64,000 nt of DNA from Candidatus Saccharibacteria bacterium RIFCSPHIGHO2_12_FULL_41_12 (GTDB taxonomy: Bacteria > Patescibacteriota > Saccharimonadia > Saccharimonadales > 2-12-FULL-41-12). The position numbers and the translations under genes were made by a program. Under the pieces are notes generated by a model. It was not told the DNA's origin, did no database searches, and was given only the letters and a program-made list of their open reading frames with translations. This document shows positions 53,287-64,000 of the stretch, one piece after another. Where the stretch lies: positions 90,676 to 154,675 of the forward strand of contig MGCQ01000008.1 of NCBI GenBank assembly GCA_001790445.1. Direction: 5' to 3'. Position 1 is the first letter of the stretch; every line of letters starts with the position of its first letter.

Positions 53287-54807
53287 CTATAAGTAAATAT
53301 CTTTTTTCCGGTACTGAAGAGCCTCTGTAAGATGTGGAAGTCCAACTTTTTCTTTATCATCGATGTCAGCAATTGTTCTAGCTATTTTGAGTACTTTCAT
53401 ATAGCTTCTAGCAGAAAGGAGCAGTTTTTCGGCAGCAGAGTTAAAAAATTCCTCACTTGGCTTATCTAATTGGCAGAATTTTTTAATTTCTTTGTTAGAT
53501 AAGTCATTGTTGAGTTTGCCTGCGCGCAAAAGCTGTTTAGATCTGGCTTTGCTGACTATACTTTGCCAATTCCGCAAGTTTTTTTGATTATTTCGTAGCA
53601 GGCGATCATGTTTTACTTCGTCAACACCTACATAAATATCAATTCTGTCGAGTATTGGTCCAGATATTTTTTGCTGGTACCGGATGATGTTGTGAGGCAA
53701 GCACGAGCATTCTTTGCGACTGCCAAAGTACCCACAGGGGCAGGGGTTAGCAGTGGCTACAAGAATAAATTTGGCTGGAAAAGTGGCAGAACTTTTGACT
53801 CTGGCAACAGTGATTACTTTGTCTTCAAGAGGTTGACGGAGTGCTTCGATAATTTGTTTGTTAAATTCGGGGAGTTCATCCAGAAATAGCACACCGTTAT
53901 GGCTTAAGCTAATTTCTCCAGGCTTTGGGTGTTGACCACCCCCGATGATGGCAATATGGCTTGAACTATGGTGAGGCGAACGAATAGGCCTCTGGGTAAT
54001 AATTGTTTCATATTGTTTACTAACTAAGCTGTGAAGATGAGTTACTTCTAATGCTTCGTTTTTTGTTAGATCAGGCAATATGCCAACAAAAGCTTTTGCA
54101 AGCATGCTTTTTCCGCTTCCAGGAGGACCATTAAGTAGTATATTGTGATGACCAGAGGCAGCAATCATCATGGCGCGCTTTGCTTGGTCTTGATCGACAA
54201 CGTCATCAAGGGTTATCAATTGTTGCCCCTGAGGCTTATTAGATGAGTTTTTTGTAGGTTGAACATCCCCGCTTGAAGGGTAAAAAGCCAGGGAACTACC
54301 GCCGTTCATTGATTGGAAGAGATCCTTGAGGTTTTCGGCTTGGTGAATATATATACCAGGGATAATGTTTGCTTGAGCACCGTTGTCGCTGGGGATAATA
54401 AAATGTTTATACCCGAGGCTTTTTGATGCAATAACTTTACCTATTAATCCTCGAATTGCCTTGATTTCCCCGTTTAGACCAAGCTCTCCCATAACGATAG
54501 TTTTATCTGGTAGTTTGACGTTGACCATCTCGCTGGCTTTTAATATGGCAAGTGCCATTGGCAGATCATAGCTTGATCCCTCTTTAGGTATATCAGAAGG
54601 CGCCATATTTATGGTTATTTTTTTGCGAGGAATTTTAATCTTGCTGGCGCTAAAAGCATTACGTATTCTTTCTTTTGCCTCATCAATTGATTTGTTGCCG
54701 AGACCCACGATAACTATGTTTGGGAGTGAGTTTGATAAGGCACATTCGACGTCAATTATGATAGCTTCACTACCACTTTCTAGTACTGACTGAATTATAT
54801 TTTTCAT
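53287..54807 (-). CDS. comM: Mg-chelatase-like ATPase YifB/ComM
   Basis: Lon-like N-domain, Walker A GPPGSGKSML, and VLFLDELPEF. Confidence 0.9.
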   Translation of the reverse strand: MKNIIQSVLESGSEAIIIDVECALSNSLPNIVIVGLGNKSIDEAKERIRNAFSASKIKIPRKKITINMAPSDIPKEGSSYDLPMALAILKASEMVNVKLPDKTIVMGELGLNGEIKAIRGLIGKVIASKSLGYKHFIIPSDNGAQANIIPGIYIHQAENLKDLFQSMNGGSSLAFYPSSGDVQPTKNSSNKPQGQQLITLDDVVDQDQAKRAMMIAASGHHNILLNGPPGSGKSMLAKAFVGILPDLTKNEALEVTHLHSLVSKQYETIITQRPIRSPHHSSSHIAIIGGGQHPKPGEISLSHNGVLFLDELPEFNKQIIEALRQPLEDKVITVARVKSSATFPAKFILVATANPCPCGYFGSRKECSCLPHNIIRYQQKISGPILDRIDIYVGVDEVKHDRLLRNNQKNLRNWQSIVSKARSKQLLRAGKLNNDLSNKEIKKFCQLDKPSEEFFNSAAEKLLLSARSYMKVLKIARTIADIDDKEKVGLPHLTEALQYRKKDIYL

Positions 54808-55922
54808 TCATTACTCATTATACATTTAATAAATATATAGTTCTAAATTTCTGCTATAAACAAAAACAACGGCCTGCGAGGTGCCGTTGTTAACAGATAC
54901 GTTTTTGTTTTTGAGCACTTTATTTGTTCAAAGTGCTATGTACATAATAGTAGTACTCATGCTTACTGTCAACCACTTTTTTTAGATTTATTTTGATAAT
55001 AATAATCAATTAAATATTAAGCAGGTAACCAATAGCTAATTAATAGACAAATATGATGCAAAATTCCAACAAAATATATCAAATTATTTAATAATTAATT
55101 ATTAAATAATAGTGCTTTTGGCGCGTGGCTAATTGATAAGTTATCCTATGTATTGGATAAAGATTCCTTAGGTGTATATTTATGTTTGTATTAATAAATT
55201 AGCTGCATCTTAACTTTTTTGTGTTAAAAGTTAAAAATCAACTAACAATTATTCTCTGAATAATAATTAAACAGCCAGGATACAATTAAATATGTGTTTA
55301 TAATCACGATCCAAAATTATGTATTGATTTTGTAATTTTAGACGATATGTATTTTGCGTTAAGAAAATGAATATAAGAGCCACAATAAGGTTTATGCAAA
55401 AGTCTAATGTATACAAGTACACAAGCTACCGTTTGTGAAATAAATTATTAATATAAAATAAGACATTTGTCAACTTACATATTGACAAGCCCAAAAAATA
55501 TATTTTTCGTCCGCATGTACATAAATATTCTGTCCTAAAAGCTGGGTAAGCTCAAAGTATATAAATATTGATAAAATCCAAATAACAGCCCAATGAATAG
55601 CCAATATTGAAACATATATAATTTATTCATTAAAACTATTGTAAATAATATTACAAAGATAAATACGATTTTTAAGTAGTAACAATGTGCATAATACAAC
55701 TATAATACATTGACTAATAATTAAAAATATACTAGCATATACCTATAGTAATCTAAAATAAAAATAAGAAGTTTTTGGGAAGATTACTAGAGATTTCGCT
55801 CATGGTTGTGCTATTTAGACCATCCTGAGCGGTCAGTCAGCCAATGGATAGTAAGCGCTAAAAGTAATTATAAAGAGCGGTTTTACTGTCCTTGGCGTTT
55901 TGTTTGCTTTAGAAAGGGGAAA
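54808..55922. other. 1.1-kb AT-rich ORF-free region with several palindromes
   Basis: No ORF of 60 aa or more in any frame across 54808-55805. Palindromes include TTTAATAATTAATTATTAAA (~55087-55106), TTATCC-N8-GGATAA (~55140-55159) and TTGTCAA-N8-TTGACAA (~55467-55488). Confidence 0.7.
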
Positions 55923-56252
55923 ATGAATAAATTCATACTAGTTATCTCATTAATATTACTTGGGATCATGGCAGTTTCTATCAGTCCAGATGAGATAAAA
56001 ATGGCTCAACTTATGACTATACTAGCGTTAATTTTCTTTCTACTGGTCAGTGCCCTAGATATAGTTTTAAAATATGTATTTGGTAGCTCAAGAAAAACAA
56101 CGGTGGGGGCTTTTATATTGACATTATATATATGGCTAGCTTTAGCCATGCAATCCATCGGCTCAGGGTCGATAAAGGACATTGTAATTTTTAGTTGTGT
56201 ATTCTTGATAGCGTTTTTTTACGTTAAACAAAATTTTGAAGCTACAAAATAA
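55923..56252 (+). CDS. small polytopic membrane protein
   Basis: ATG 55923 preceded by AAGGGGA. ~110 aa with 4 hydrophobic segments. The track start TTG 55806 is unlikely. Confidence 0.55.
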   Translation: MNKFILVISLILLGIMAVSISPDEIKMAQLMTILALIFFLLVSALDIVLKYVFGSSRKTTVGAFILTLYIWLALAMQSIGSGSIKDIVIFSCVFLIAFFYVKQNFEATK

Positions 56253-56300
56253 TAGCGATACCTAGTGTTGGTTCGCTAATCTGTTATAATACAGGATATT

Positions 56301-56615
56301 ATGGCAGATCAACAAAACAATGATGGGCAACTTCTTCCTAAAGTAGATGACAGCGTTAGTTACGATGATTCTTCTAGCGCTACAAGTGATCCGCAACAGG
56401 TTGATGATCAGACAACTACTTCGATGCATAGTCAAACAGATAGTTTTGAGGCCGGGGACGTAGATGTTATCGAAAAAGAATGGATAGACAAAGCAAAGCA
56501 TATTGTTGAACAGAACTCTAGTGATCCGTTTGAGCAACAAAAAATGATTAGCCAGGTAAAGGCAGAATATATTAAAAAAAGATTCAATAAGGACATTAAG
56601 AAAAGCGACAAATAA
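56301..56615 (+). CDS. small acidic hypothetical protein
   Basis: 104 aa. Its stop overlaps the next start (TAATG), implying translational coupling. Confidence 0.55.
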   Translation: MADQQNNDGQLLPKVDDSVSYDDSSSATSDPQQVDDQTTTSMHSQTDSFEAGDVDVIEKEWIDKAKHIVEQNSSDPFEQQKMISQVKAEYIKKRFNKDIKKSDK

Positions 56616-59422
56616 TGGGCATACTTCTAAGCATACTTATCGGGCTACTGATAGTCGGTTTGATAACTGGACCGATACTGTATCTCCATTCGAGATCTGT
56701 TTTTAGGGAACAAAAAGATTTTGAACGTGGTCTTAAGATGATCACTCTTCTGATCCATTTGCCTCCACCAAGTGACGATACAGATATTGGCTCCAGAGAT
56801 GTCAGAGATGTTATAGACGAGAACATCTCAAAAGCTGAGATCGTCTACAATATCCTAGCAAGCACCCTGCAGAAGGGGTTCAAGAGTAGTTTTTATGGTC
56901 AGAGACATATCTCGTTTGAAATTGTAGGAGCGAAGGGTTTTATTAATTTTTATGTCGCAGTCCCGATATCATTACTGGAAGTAGTGCGACAAGCTGTGAT
57001 TAGCGCTTACCCGGCTGCTCAGCTCGAAGAAGTTGCAGAACATAACATCTTTAGCCCTGTCGGTAAAATTAGCGGAACGGTCGGGGGTGAATTGACGCTG
57101 AAAGAACAGTTTGTTTACCCGATAGCTACTTATAGAGAAATAAAGCGTGACCCAATGTATTCAATTCTTAATGCATTGTCGTCGCTGGAGAAGGAAGACG
57201 GAGTCGGTATTCAGTTTATGGTTCGTCCAGCAAGTGACGGATGGCGGAAAACAGCATCAGATTTTGCAGGCAAGAAGAGAAAAGGACAGAAGGGGCATAA
57301 AGGGGGTGGGCTTGCTCTTTGGTGGGTTAGACAGGTTTTTGAAGCATTATGGAGACCTCCAGAAGACCAGGGAGAAGGGGGCGATAAACACAGCCTCTCA
57401 AGCCATGAAGATTCAGTAGTTAGTTCTATAGAAGATAAAACTAAGCATCCTGGCTTTGAAACTTCTATCCGTGTAATATCTTCTTCTAATATTGCCCAGA
57501 AATCTCAAACTGTTTTGAATAATGTAGTGTCTAGTTTTGCTCTATTTGATGCTCCGGGAAAAAACGGGTTTAAGTATACTCCTGCCCAAGACATTGAACG
57601 TTTCGCTACAGCGTACATCATGAGATTCTTTCCAACTGGGCTTTCTAAGAATATCCTTAACTCTGTAGAATTGGCGACACTGTTTCATTTTCCACAACAA
57701 GAAGACATTCCTACTTCTCAGTTGTCTAGGCAGGACTCAAAACAAGTAGACGGACCACGTAATGTCCCAGATAAAGGTCTCTTGCTCGGCTATAACGTGT
57801 TCAGGAGCGTTAAAAAGCCAATACGACTCTCTGGTGGTGATAGGCAAAGACATATGTATATCGTTGGTCAAACCGGAACTGGTAAATCAGTTTGCCTAGA
57901 GAATTTGGCTCTGCAAGACATGATAGATGGGAACGGATTTGCTTTTATAGATCCACATGGCGATACAGCAGAAAAACTTCTGTCAATGGTACCTAAAGAA
58001 CGTGCAGAAGACGTCATATATTTTTGCCCCGCCGATACAGATTACCCATTGGGGCTCAATATTTTTGAAGCAAAAACAGATGATCAAAAGGATTTCGTTA
58101 TACAGGAAGTAATAAATGTACTATATAAGTTGTACGATCCACAACGCCAAGGAATAATTGGGCCTCGCTACGAACATATATTCAGAAATGCAGCTTTAAC
58201 GGTGATGGCAGGACCAGAGGGAGGAACTTTTATTGATATACCAAAACTTTTTTCAGACCCAGATTTTGTGAATAAGAAACTTGAGCATGTCAAAGATCAA
58301 AATGTTATAGATTTTTGGCGGAAGGAAATGGTTCAAGCCAAGAGGTCAAATGAATTTGGTGATGTTGTAAGCTGGTTTGTTAGTAAATTTGGTGCTTTTT
58401 TGTCTAATTCGATGATGCGCAACATTATTGGTCAAACAAAGAGTTCCTTTGACATTAGAGAAATAATGGACAACAAAAAGATTCTTCTGGTAAATCTCAG
58501 CAAAGGGCGCACAGGGGAACTTAACTCCAAGCTTCTTGGCATGATCTTTGTTATGAAATTCCAAGCAGCGGCTATGAGCAGAGCAAATATACCAGAAAGC
58601 CAGAGAGTAGAATTCTGTCTGTATGTTGATGAGTTTCAGAACTTTTCTACGGATTCATTCGCCACAATCATGTCAGAGGCGCGAAAGTATAGGTTGAGCC
58701 TAACTGTGGCTAACCAATTCACTACCCAACTTACAGATGAAATTAGAGATGCAGTATTTGGTAATATGGGCACAATCATTGCGTTCAGGGTTGGCCAGAA
58801 TGACGTAGAATCTCTAAGTCGATATTTCCAGCCTATGTTTGACTCTGATGATCTTTTGAGGGTTCCAAACTACAACACAATAGTTAGAACACTTATCGGT
58901 GGTGTGCCGACTCAACCATTTAGTATGGCTACACTACCGCCACTGGGTAATCCGAGTAAAGAGCTTCTGTTAGCTCTCAAACAGTTGTCTGCTGCAAAAT
59001 TCGGTCGACCACGGGCAGAGGTAGAAAAAGAGATTTTTGCTCGAATCATTATCAAACCAAGCTCGACTAATTCAGCGCAGGGTGATCCTTTGGCTCGGAC
59101 AAGTGCGGGTCTACAGAATAGCCCCACTGCCCAAGCTCCTTCTCAAGCATCATTTTTAGACCAATGGCTAGCAAAAAAGCAACAAAGAGGTGGGGGTAGC
59201 GGTATTGCGAGCGTGGATAGGGCTCAAACTTTTCAGCAGAACCCTGTGGCTCCTGGTGTTTCAAATACTCCGACGTCGTCTATAGCTGACGATAAAGTCA
59301 TAAAACCTTCTGCAGTGGATCTAACACAACCAAAACAAAAGGATGAAACACCTCCACCACAAAAGCAAAGGCTACGTGGCAAAGATATATTTATAGGCAG
59401 AGATGGGAAAATAGGAAGTTAA
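56615..59422 (+). CDS. membrane-anchored P-loop NTPase of the FtsK/HerA/VirD4(TraD)-like superfamily
   Basis: N-terminal TM segment, ~400-aa unknown domain, Walker A GQTGTGKS, FIDPHGD, Walker B YVDEFQNF, and a Q/P-rich disordered tail. Confidence 0.7.
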   Translation: MGILLSILIGLLIVGLITGPILYLHSRSVFREQKDFERGLKMITLLIHLPPPSDDTDIGSRDVRDVIDENISKAEIVYNILASTLQKGFKSSFYGQRHISFEIVGAKGFINFYVAVPISLLEVVRQAVISAYPAAQLEEVAEHNIFSPVGKISGTVGGELTLKEQFVYPIATYREIKRDPMYSILNALSSLEKEDGVGIQFMVRPASDGWRKTASDFAGKKRKGQKGHKGGGLALWWVRQVFEALWRPPEDQGEGGDKHSLSSHEDSVVSSIEDKTKHPGFETSIRVISSSNIAQKSQTVLNNVVSSFALFDAPGKNGFKYTPAQDIERFATAYIMRFFPTGLSKNILNSVELATLFHFPQQEDIPTSQLSRQDSKQVDGPRNVPDKGLLLGYNVFRSVKKPIRLSGGDRQRHMYIVGQTGTGKSVCLENLALQDMIDGNGFAFIDPHGDTAEKLLSMVPKERAEDVIYFCPADTDYPLGLNIFEAKTDDQKDFVIQEVINVLYKLYDPQRQGIIGPRYEHIFRNAALTVMAGPEGGTFIDIPKLFSDPDFVNKKLEHVKDQNVIDFWRKEMVQAKRSNEFGDVVSWFVSKFGAFLSNSMMRNIIGQTKSSFDIREIMDNKKILLVNLSKGRTGELNSKLLGMIFVMKFQAAAMSRANIPESQRVEFCLYVDEFQNFSTDSFATIMSEARKYRLSLTVANQFTTQLTDEIRDAVFGNMGTIIAFRVGQNDVESLSRYFQPMFDSDDLLRVPNYNTIVRTLIGGVPTQPFSMATLPPLGNPSKELLLALKQLSAAKFGRPRAEVEKEIFARIIIKPSSTNSAQGDPLARTSAGLQNSPTAQAPSQASFLDQWLAKKQQRGGGSGIASVDRAQTFQQNPVAPGVSNTPTSSIADDKVIKPSAVDLTQPKQKDETPPPQKQRLRGKDIFIGRDGKIGS

Positions 59423-59441
59423 AAGTTTGCCGATTGTTAGT

Positions 59442-60017
59442 TTAGTACGTAGTTTTTCTACGAAAGATTACTTTAAGGATGATTTCTAAGAGTACGCCTA
59501 TAATAAATCCCCCAACGAATGCCATAATACCAATAAGAAAGTTGTACGTATAACCAAAGAAATAACTAGCCCACAATACAAACAGGCTAGCCAGGAGAGA
59601 GAATGCTCCACCCATAGCTAAACCACTCGGACGGGCTATAGTTTTTGCAGAAAATTCACTGACATTATCAATGATGGGTTTGTGCACAAATTTGCTAAGA
59701 ATTTTTTGATCAAAGGGGAGGCGTTTGCGAGTAAGATTCAATACTTGTTTTAATGAATTATTCCGAACATCTTTGCTAATTAAATGAACTGTTCCTTTGG
59801 TGTTTTGTGATCCATCTAGGGCTTTTGAGGTTGTTTCGCCACTTCTAGCTTTTTCTTGAGCTGCTCTGAGAAGTTCGTTGAGCTCTTCCTTAGTCGGTTT
59901 GCCTGGTTTTTGCTCGGGGGTTTTGGTTTTGGTCTCATGAACCTTCGACCCATCTCTTTCTGGTCTGTTTTCTGGAGAGTTTTCATCTTCGTAACTAATG
60001 TTTAATCTTTCAGACAT
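59442..60017 (-). CDS. hypothetical membrane protein (disordered N-terminus, 2 C-terminal TM segments)
   Basis: 191-aa ORF, co-directional with and adjacent to the LPXTG protein gene. Confidence 0.55.
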   Translation of the reverse strand: MSERLNISYEDENSPENRPERDGSKVHETKTKTPEQKPGKPTKEELNELLRAAQEKARSGETTSKALDGSQNTKGTVHLISKDVRNNSLKQVLNLTRKRLPFDQKILSKFVHKPIIDNVSEFSAKTIARPSGLAMGGAFSLLASLFVLWASYFFGYTYNFLIGIMAFVGGFIIGVLLEIILKVIFRRKTTY

Positions 60018-60020
60018 ATT

Positions 60021-61688
60021 TTATTTCCCCCCATATGTAAATTCTTGTTTGATAATTCCAAGCTCTTTGGTGAACAATCTGCTTCTGGCGAAGAAATAGC
60101 CACTGACAGTTGTTATGGCAAAGGCGAAGAAGACGCTTTGTCCTGGACCCGTGTTTGGTAATTGTTCTACTTGTTTAAGAACTGGACATTCAACGCCCAT
60201 TGAGATCTCATTGCCGTAGCCATTTTGGATTTTGCAGTCGTAGCTGGTTGAGCTTGCACTTGGAGCTCGGGTCACTGGGATAGAAGACTTCATTTTTACC
60301 CGGAATAATTTTTGCAGTTCACCTTTTGCAGGTATTGTTTCGTTGTCCCAAGAGATTACTTTTGTGACTGCGTTGAATTTGCCTCCTTGTGACTCAAGGT
60401 ATGCCATGTCAATGTCAGCATAGTCAAGAACATCACCAATGTAATCTTCAACTAAATACCCTTTTTTGTTCACAATATTTGTGTTTGTTGTGATTAAGCT
60501 ATACTCGATCACGTCGTTTGCTCGAGCTTTGGATGCAAGAGTTTGTTCAGAGTTTAAGTTTTGAGTTACGTTGCGTGCTTTTTTTTGTCTGCCTGGTGTT
60601 GTGCATTTTGAATCATCTGCAGGAAGCTTTGGGTTATCTATACACATGCATTTTGGATCATCTTTAGGCAGTGCTGGGTTGTTCGGGCAGGCTTCCTTAC
60701 ATTTAGGGTCATTTTTTGCTAGTGCAGGATTGTAAGGACAAGGGTTGCATTCAGGTAAGTTTGGGTTAACTGTACATTTCTCTGGTGTTACGGTTATGGT
60801 CGTTTGACATGCTGAGCTAGTTTTATCACCTACAGTACTATTAATTGTCAGGGTAGCAGTATAAGTTACAGGTGTTGTTCCATTGTTGGTGTAGGTGTGG
60901 TCAATAACTGTTCCGTTGTGCTTGACGGACTGCCCATCACCGAAATTGAAGGTTAGGCCATTAACTATATTGTTTGTATTAGCAGAATAAGCTCCTGTGA
61001 ATTTAACACTAAGAGATTTAGTCCCAGTTCTTTGGTTAGCAGTCAGGCTGGTGCAGGCAACAACAGGTGGTGTTACTTGTGGAGGTGGAGGTCCTTCGGC
61101 TGGTCGATAAGCGATATTGCCGCAGTCCTTCAATACCCATACGTACCAGTATCTATTATCTGTACCTTTACTTTTACCGAAGTAATAAGCGGGTGTGCTT
61201 CCTTGCCATTCAGCAGCGTTTCTGCTGTAAAAAGTTTTGCCACCAAACCGCCCAAGGTTATGATCGTTCGTGCTAGCGAAGTTTATTCTTCCTACTGTTC
61301 TGGTCCCTTTTGAGCCTTGGTCTTGGAAATTAAAAGAAGTATTTTGAACACTGTCCATACCTGCGGCATTAAGGCCAAACCTGTTATATAGCTCTTTCAC
61401 GTCTTGTTTATGATAATAATTTGATTTCAGGTCACTAATACTACTAACACCTCCAGATATCACGTCATTTGGAGATGCTGCGAGAGATTGTCGAGCTGGC
61501 AAAGAAGTAGCTACAATTTGGACTAAAAAACTTAATATAACAAAGAACAAACCCAGCCGTCTGATTGATTGTTCTTGGTGCAATCGGCGTAAATAAAAAG
61601 ATACCTGATCTATAGATCCAGGATTAAAGCTTAGCTTTGAGACGTATTTATTTATGCTCATGATTTGTATTTTTATAACCTCTAGCAT
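60021..61688 (-). CDS. LPXTG-anchored surface protein with a PKD-like domain and Cys-rich tandem repeats
   Basis: N-terminal signal/anchor. FNFGDG...HTY PKD signature. NPxLPxxDxKC repeats (DNA 60603-60776). LPNTG (60147-60161) followed by a hydrophobic stretch and RSR. Confidence 0.8.
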   Translation of the reverse strand: MLEVIKIQIMSINKYVSKLSFNPGSIDQVSFYLRRLHQEQSIRRLGLFFVILSFLVQIVATSLPARQSLAASPNDVISGGVSSISDLKSNYYHKQDVKELYNRFGLNAAGMDSVQNTSFNFQDQGSKGTRTVGRINFASTNDHNLGRFGGKTFYSRNAAEWQGSTPAYYFGKSKGTDNRYWYVWVLKDCGNIAYRPAEGPPPPQVTPPVVACTSLTANQRTGTKSLSVKFTGAYSANTNNIVNGLTFNFGDGQSVKHNGTVIDHTYTNNGTTPVTYTATLTINSTVGDKTSSACQTTITVTPEKCTVNPNLPECNPCPYNPALAKNDPKCKEACPNNPALPKDDPKCMCIDNPKLPADDSKCTTPGRQKKARNVTQNLNSEQTLASKARANDVIEYSLITTNTNIVNKKGYLVEDYIGDVLDYADIDMAYLESQGGKFNAVTKVISWDNETIPAKGELQKLFRVKMKSSIPVTRAPSASSTSYDCKIQNGYGNEISMGVECPVLKQVEQLPNTGPGQSVFFAFAITTVSGYFFARSRLFTKELGIIKQEFTYGGK

Positions 61689-61755
61689 TATTTATACATA
61701 TATATGCAAAAAAAAGCAAGAACGAGATATGTATTTGTGGATGATCGATACTTAG

Positions 61756-63771
<2,016 letters not shown>

Positions 63772-63772
63772 T

Positions 63773-64000
63773 ATGGATCCTGACATGGAAGATAATACTA
63801 CAGACCAAATAGAAGAACCAACAAATGAATTACCAGAGGAACTATCTATGGATGAACGACGTGCTGGGATAGAAAATGCCTCTGACATACTGGATACAGG
63901 TCATGCACGTTCGGTAGAGAGACGCACGGTTGAAAACGTCATGGAAGATAGTTATCTTCGTTATTCTATGAGTGTTATTATTGATCGGGCTTTGCCAGAT
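63773..64000 (+). CDS. gyrA: DNA gyrase subunit A (5' partial, runs off the window)
   Basis: ATG 2 nt after the gyrB stop. YLRYSMSVIIDRALPD motif. Confidence 0.9.
   Translation, partial: MDPDMEDNTTDQIEEPTNELPEELSMDERRAGIENASDILDTGHARSVERRTVENVMEDSYLRYSMSVIIDRALPD

Noticed and set aside
55806-55922. Upstream TTG-initiated extension of the membrane protein ORF.
   Set aside because: The extension is hydrophilic and Cys/Trp-rich with no RBS. ATG 55923 has an AAGGGGA RBS and starts directly with a signal-like hydrophobic helix.
54808-55922. AT-rich tract considered as the chromosomal origin (oriC), given gyrB-gyrA lie 6 kb away.
   Set aside because: No dnaA or dnaN is nearby. I found only weak DnaA-box-like words (TTATCCTAT and TTGGATAAA, 6-7 of 9) rather than a cluster of TTATCCACA boxes. 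This cannot be supported without a GC-skew analysis.

Overview
This is a gene-dense window of about 40% GC, read with the standard genetic code. The gene content points to a reduced-genome Gram-positive-type bacterium, and I infer a CPR/Patescibacteria lineage such as Saccharibacteria. I cannot verify that taxonomy without a database. The content supporting this is a full type IV pilus locus, an LPXTG surface protein, many translation and replication housekeeping genes, and almost no metabolism. I can support about 60 CDS. They include truB-rpsO-pnp, rnj, ftsK, rpsF-ssb-rpsR, efp, tlyA, ychF, an ABC exporter, pilMNO-pilB-pilT-pilC-pilA-pilD plus 4 minor pilins, xerC, ndk, nrdR, thrS, miaA, rpmB, infC-rpmI-rplT, comM/yifB and gyrB-gyrA. 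RNA genes are three tRNAs (Arg-CCU, Asp-GUC, Val-GAC) and RNase P RNA. The strongest finding is a complete diversity-generating retroelement (DGR) at 986-4666. The C-terminal 114 nt of a 655-aa protein (VR, 2839-2952) matches a template repeat (TR, 3252-3365) except at 23 positions, and all 23 are TR adenines. It is accompanied by a DGR-type reverse transcriptase and an Avd-like gene. The Avd-like gene is unusual: it lies antisense inside the TR-RT spacer. Secondary findings: (1) a GC-rich methyltransferase-like gene flanked by perfect 60-bp direct repeats that duplicate the 3' end of rnj; (2) a roughly 500-nt heavily base-paired element between pilC and the major pilin gene; (3) a family of mosaic intergenic repeat modules shared by four intergenic regions, one module showing compensatory base changes; (4) a 1.1-kb ORF-free AT-rich tract next to a membrane P-loop ATPase operon and an LPXTG/PKD surface protein. 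No CRISPR array, rRNA or transposase was seen. All homology calls rest on motifs I recognise by eye, and no database search was run.
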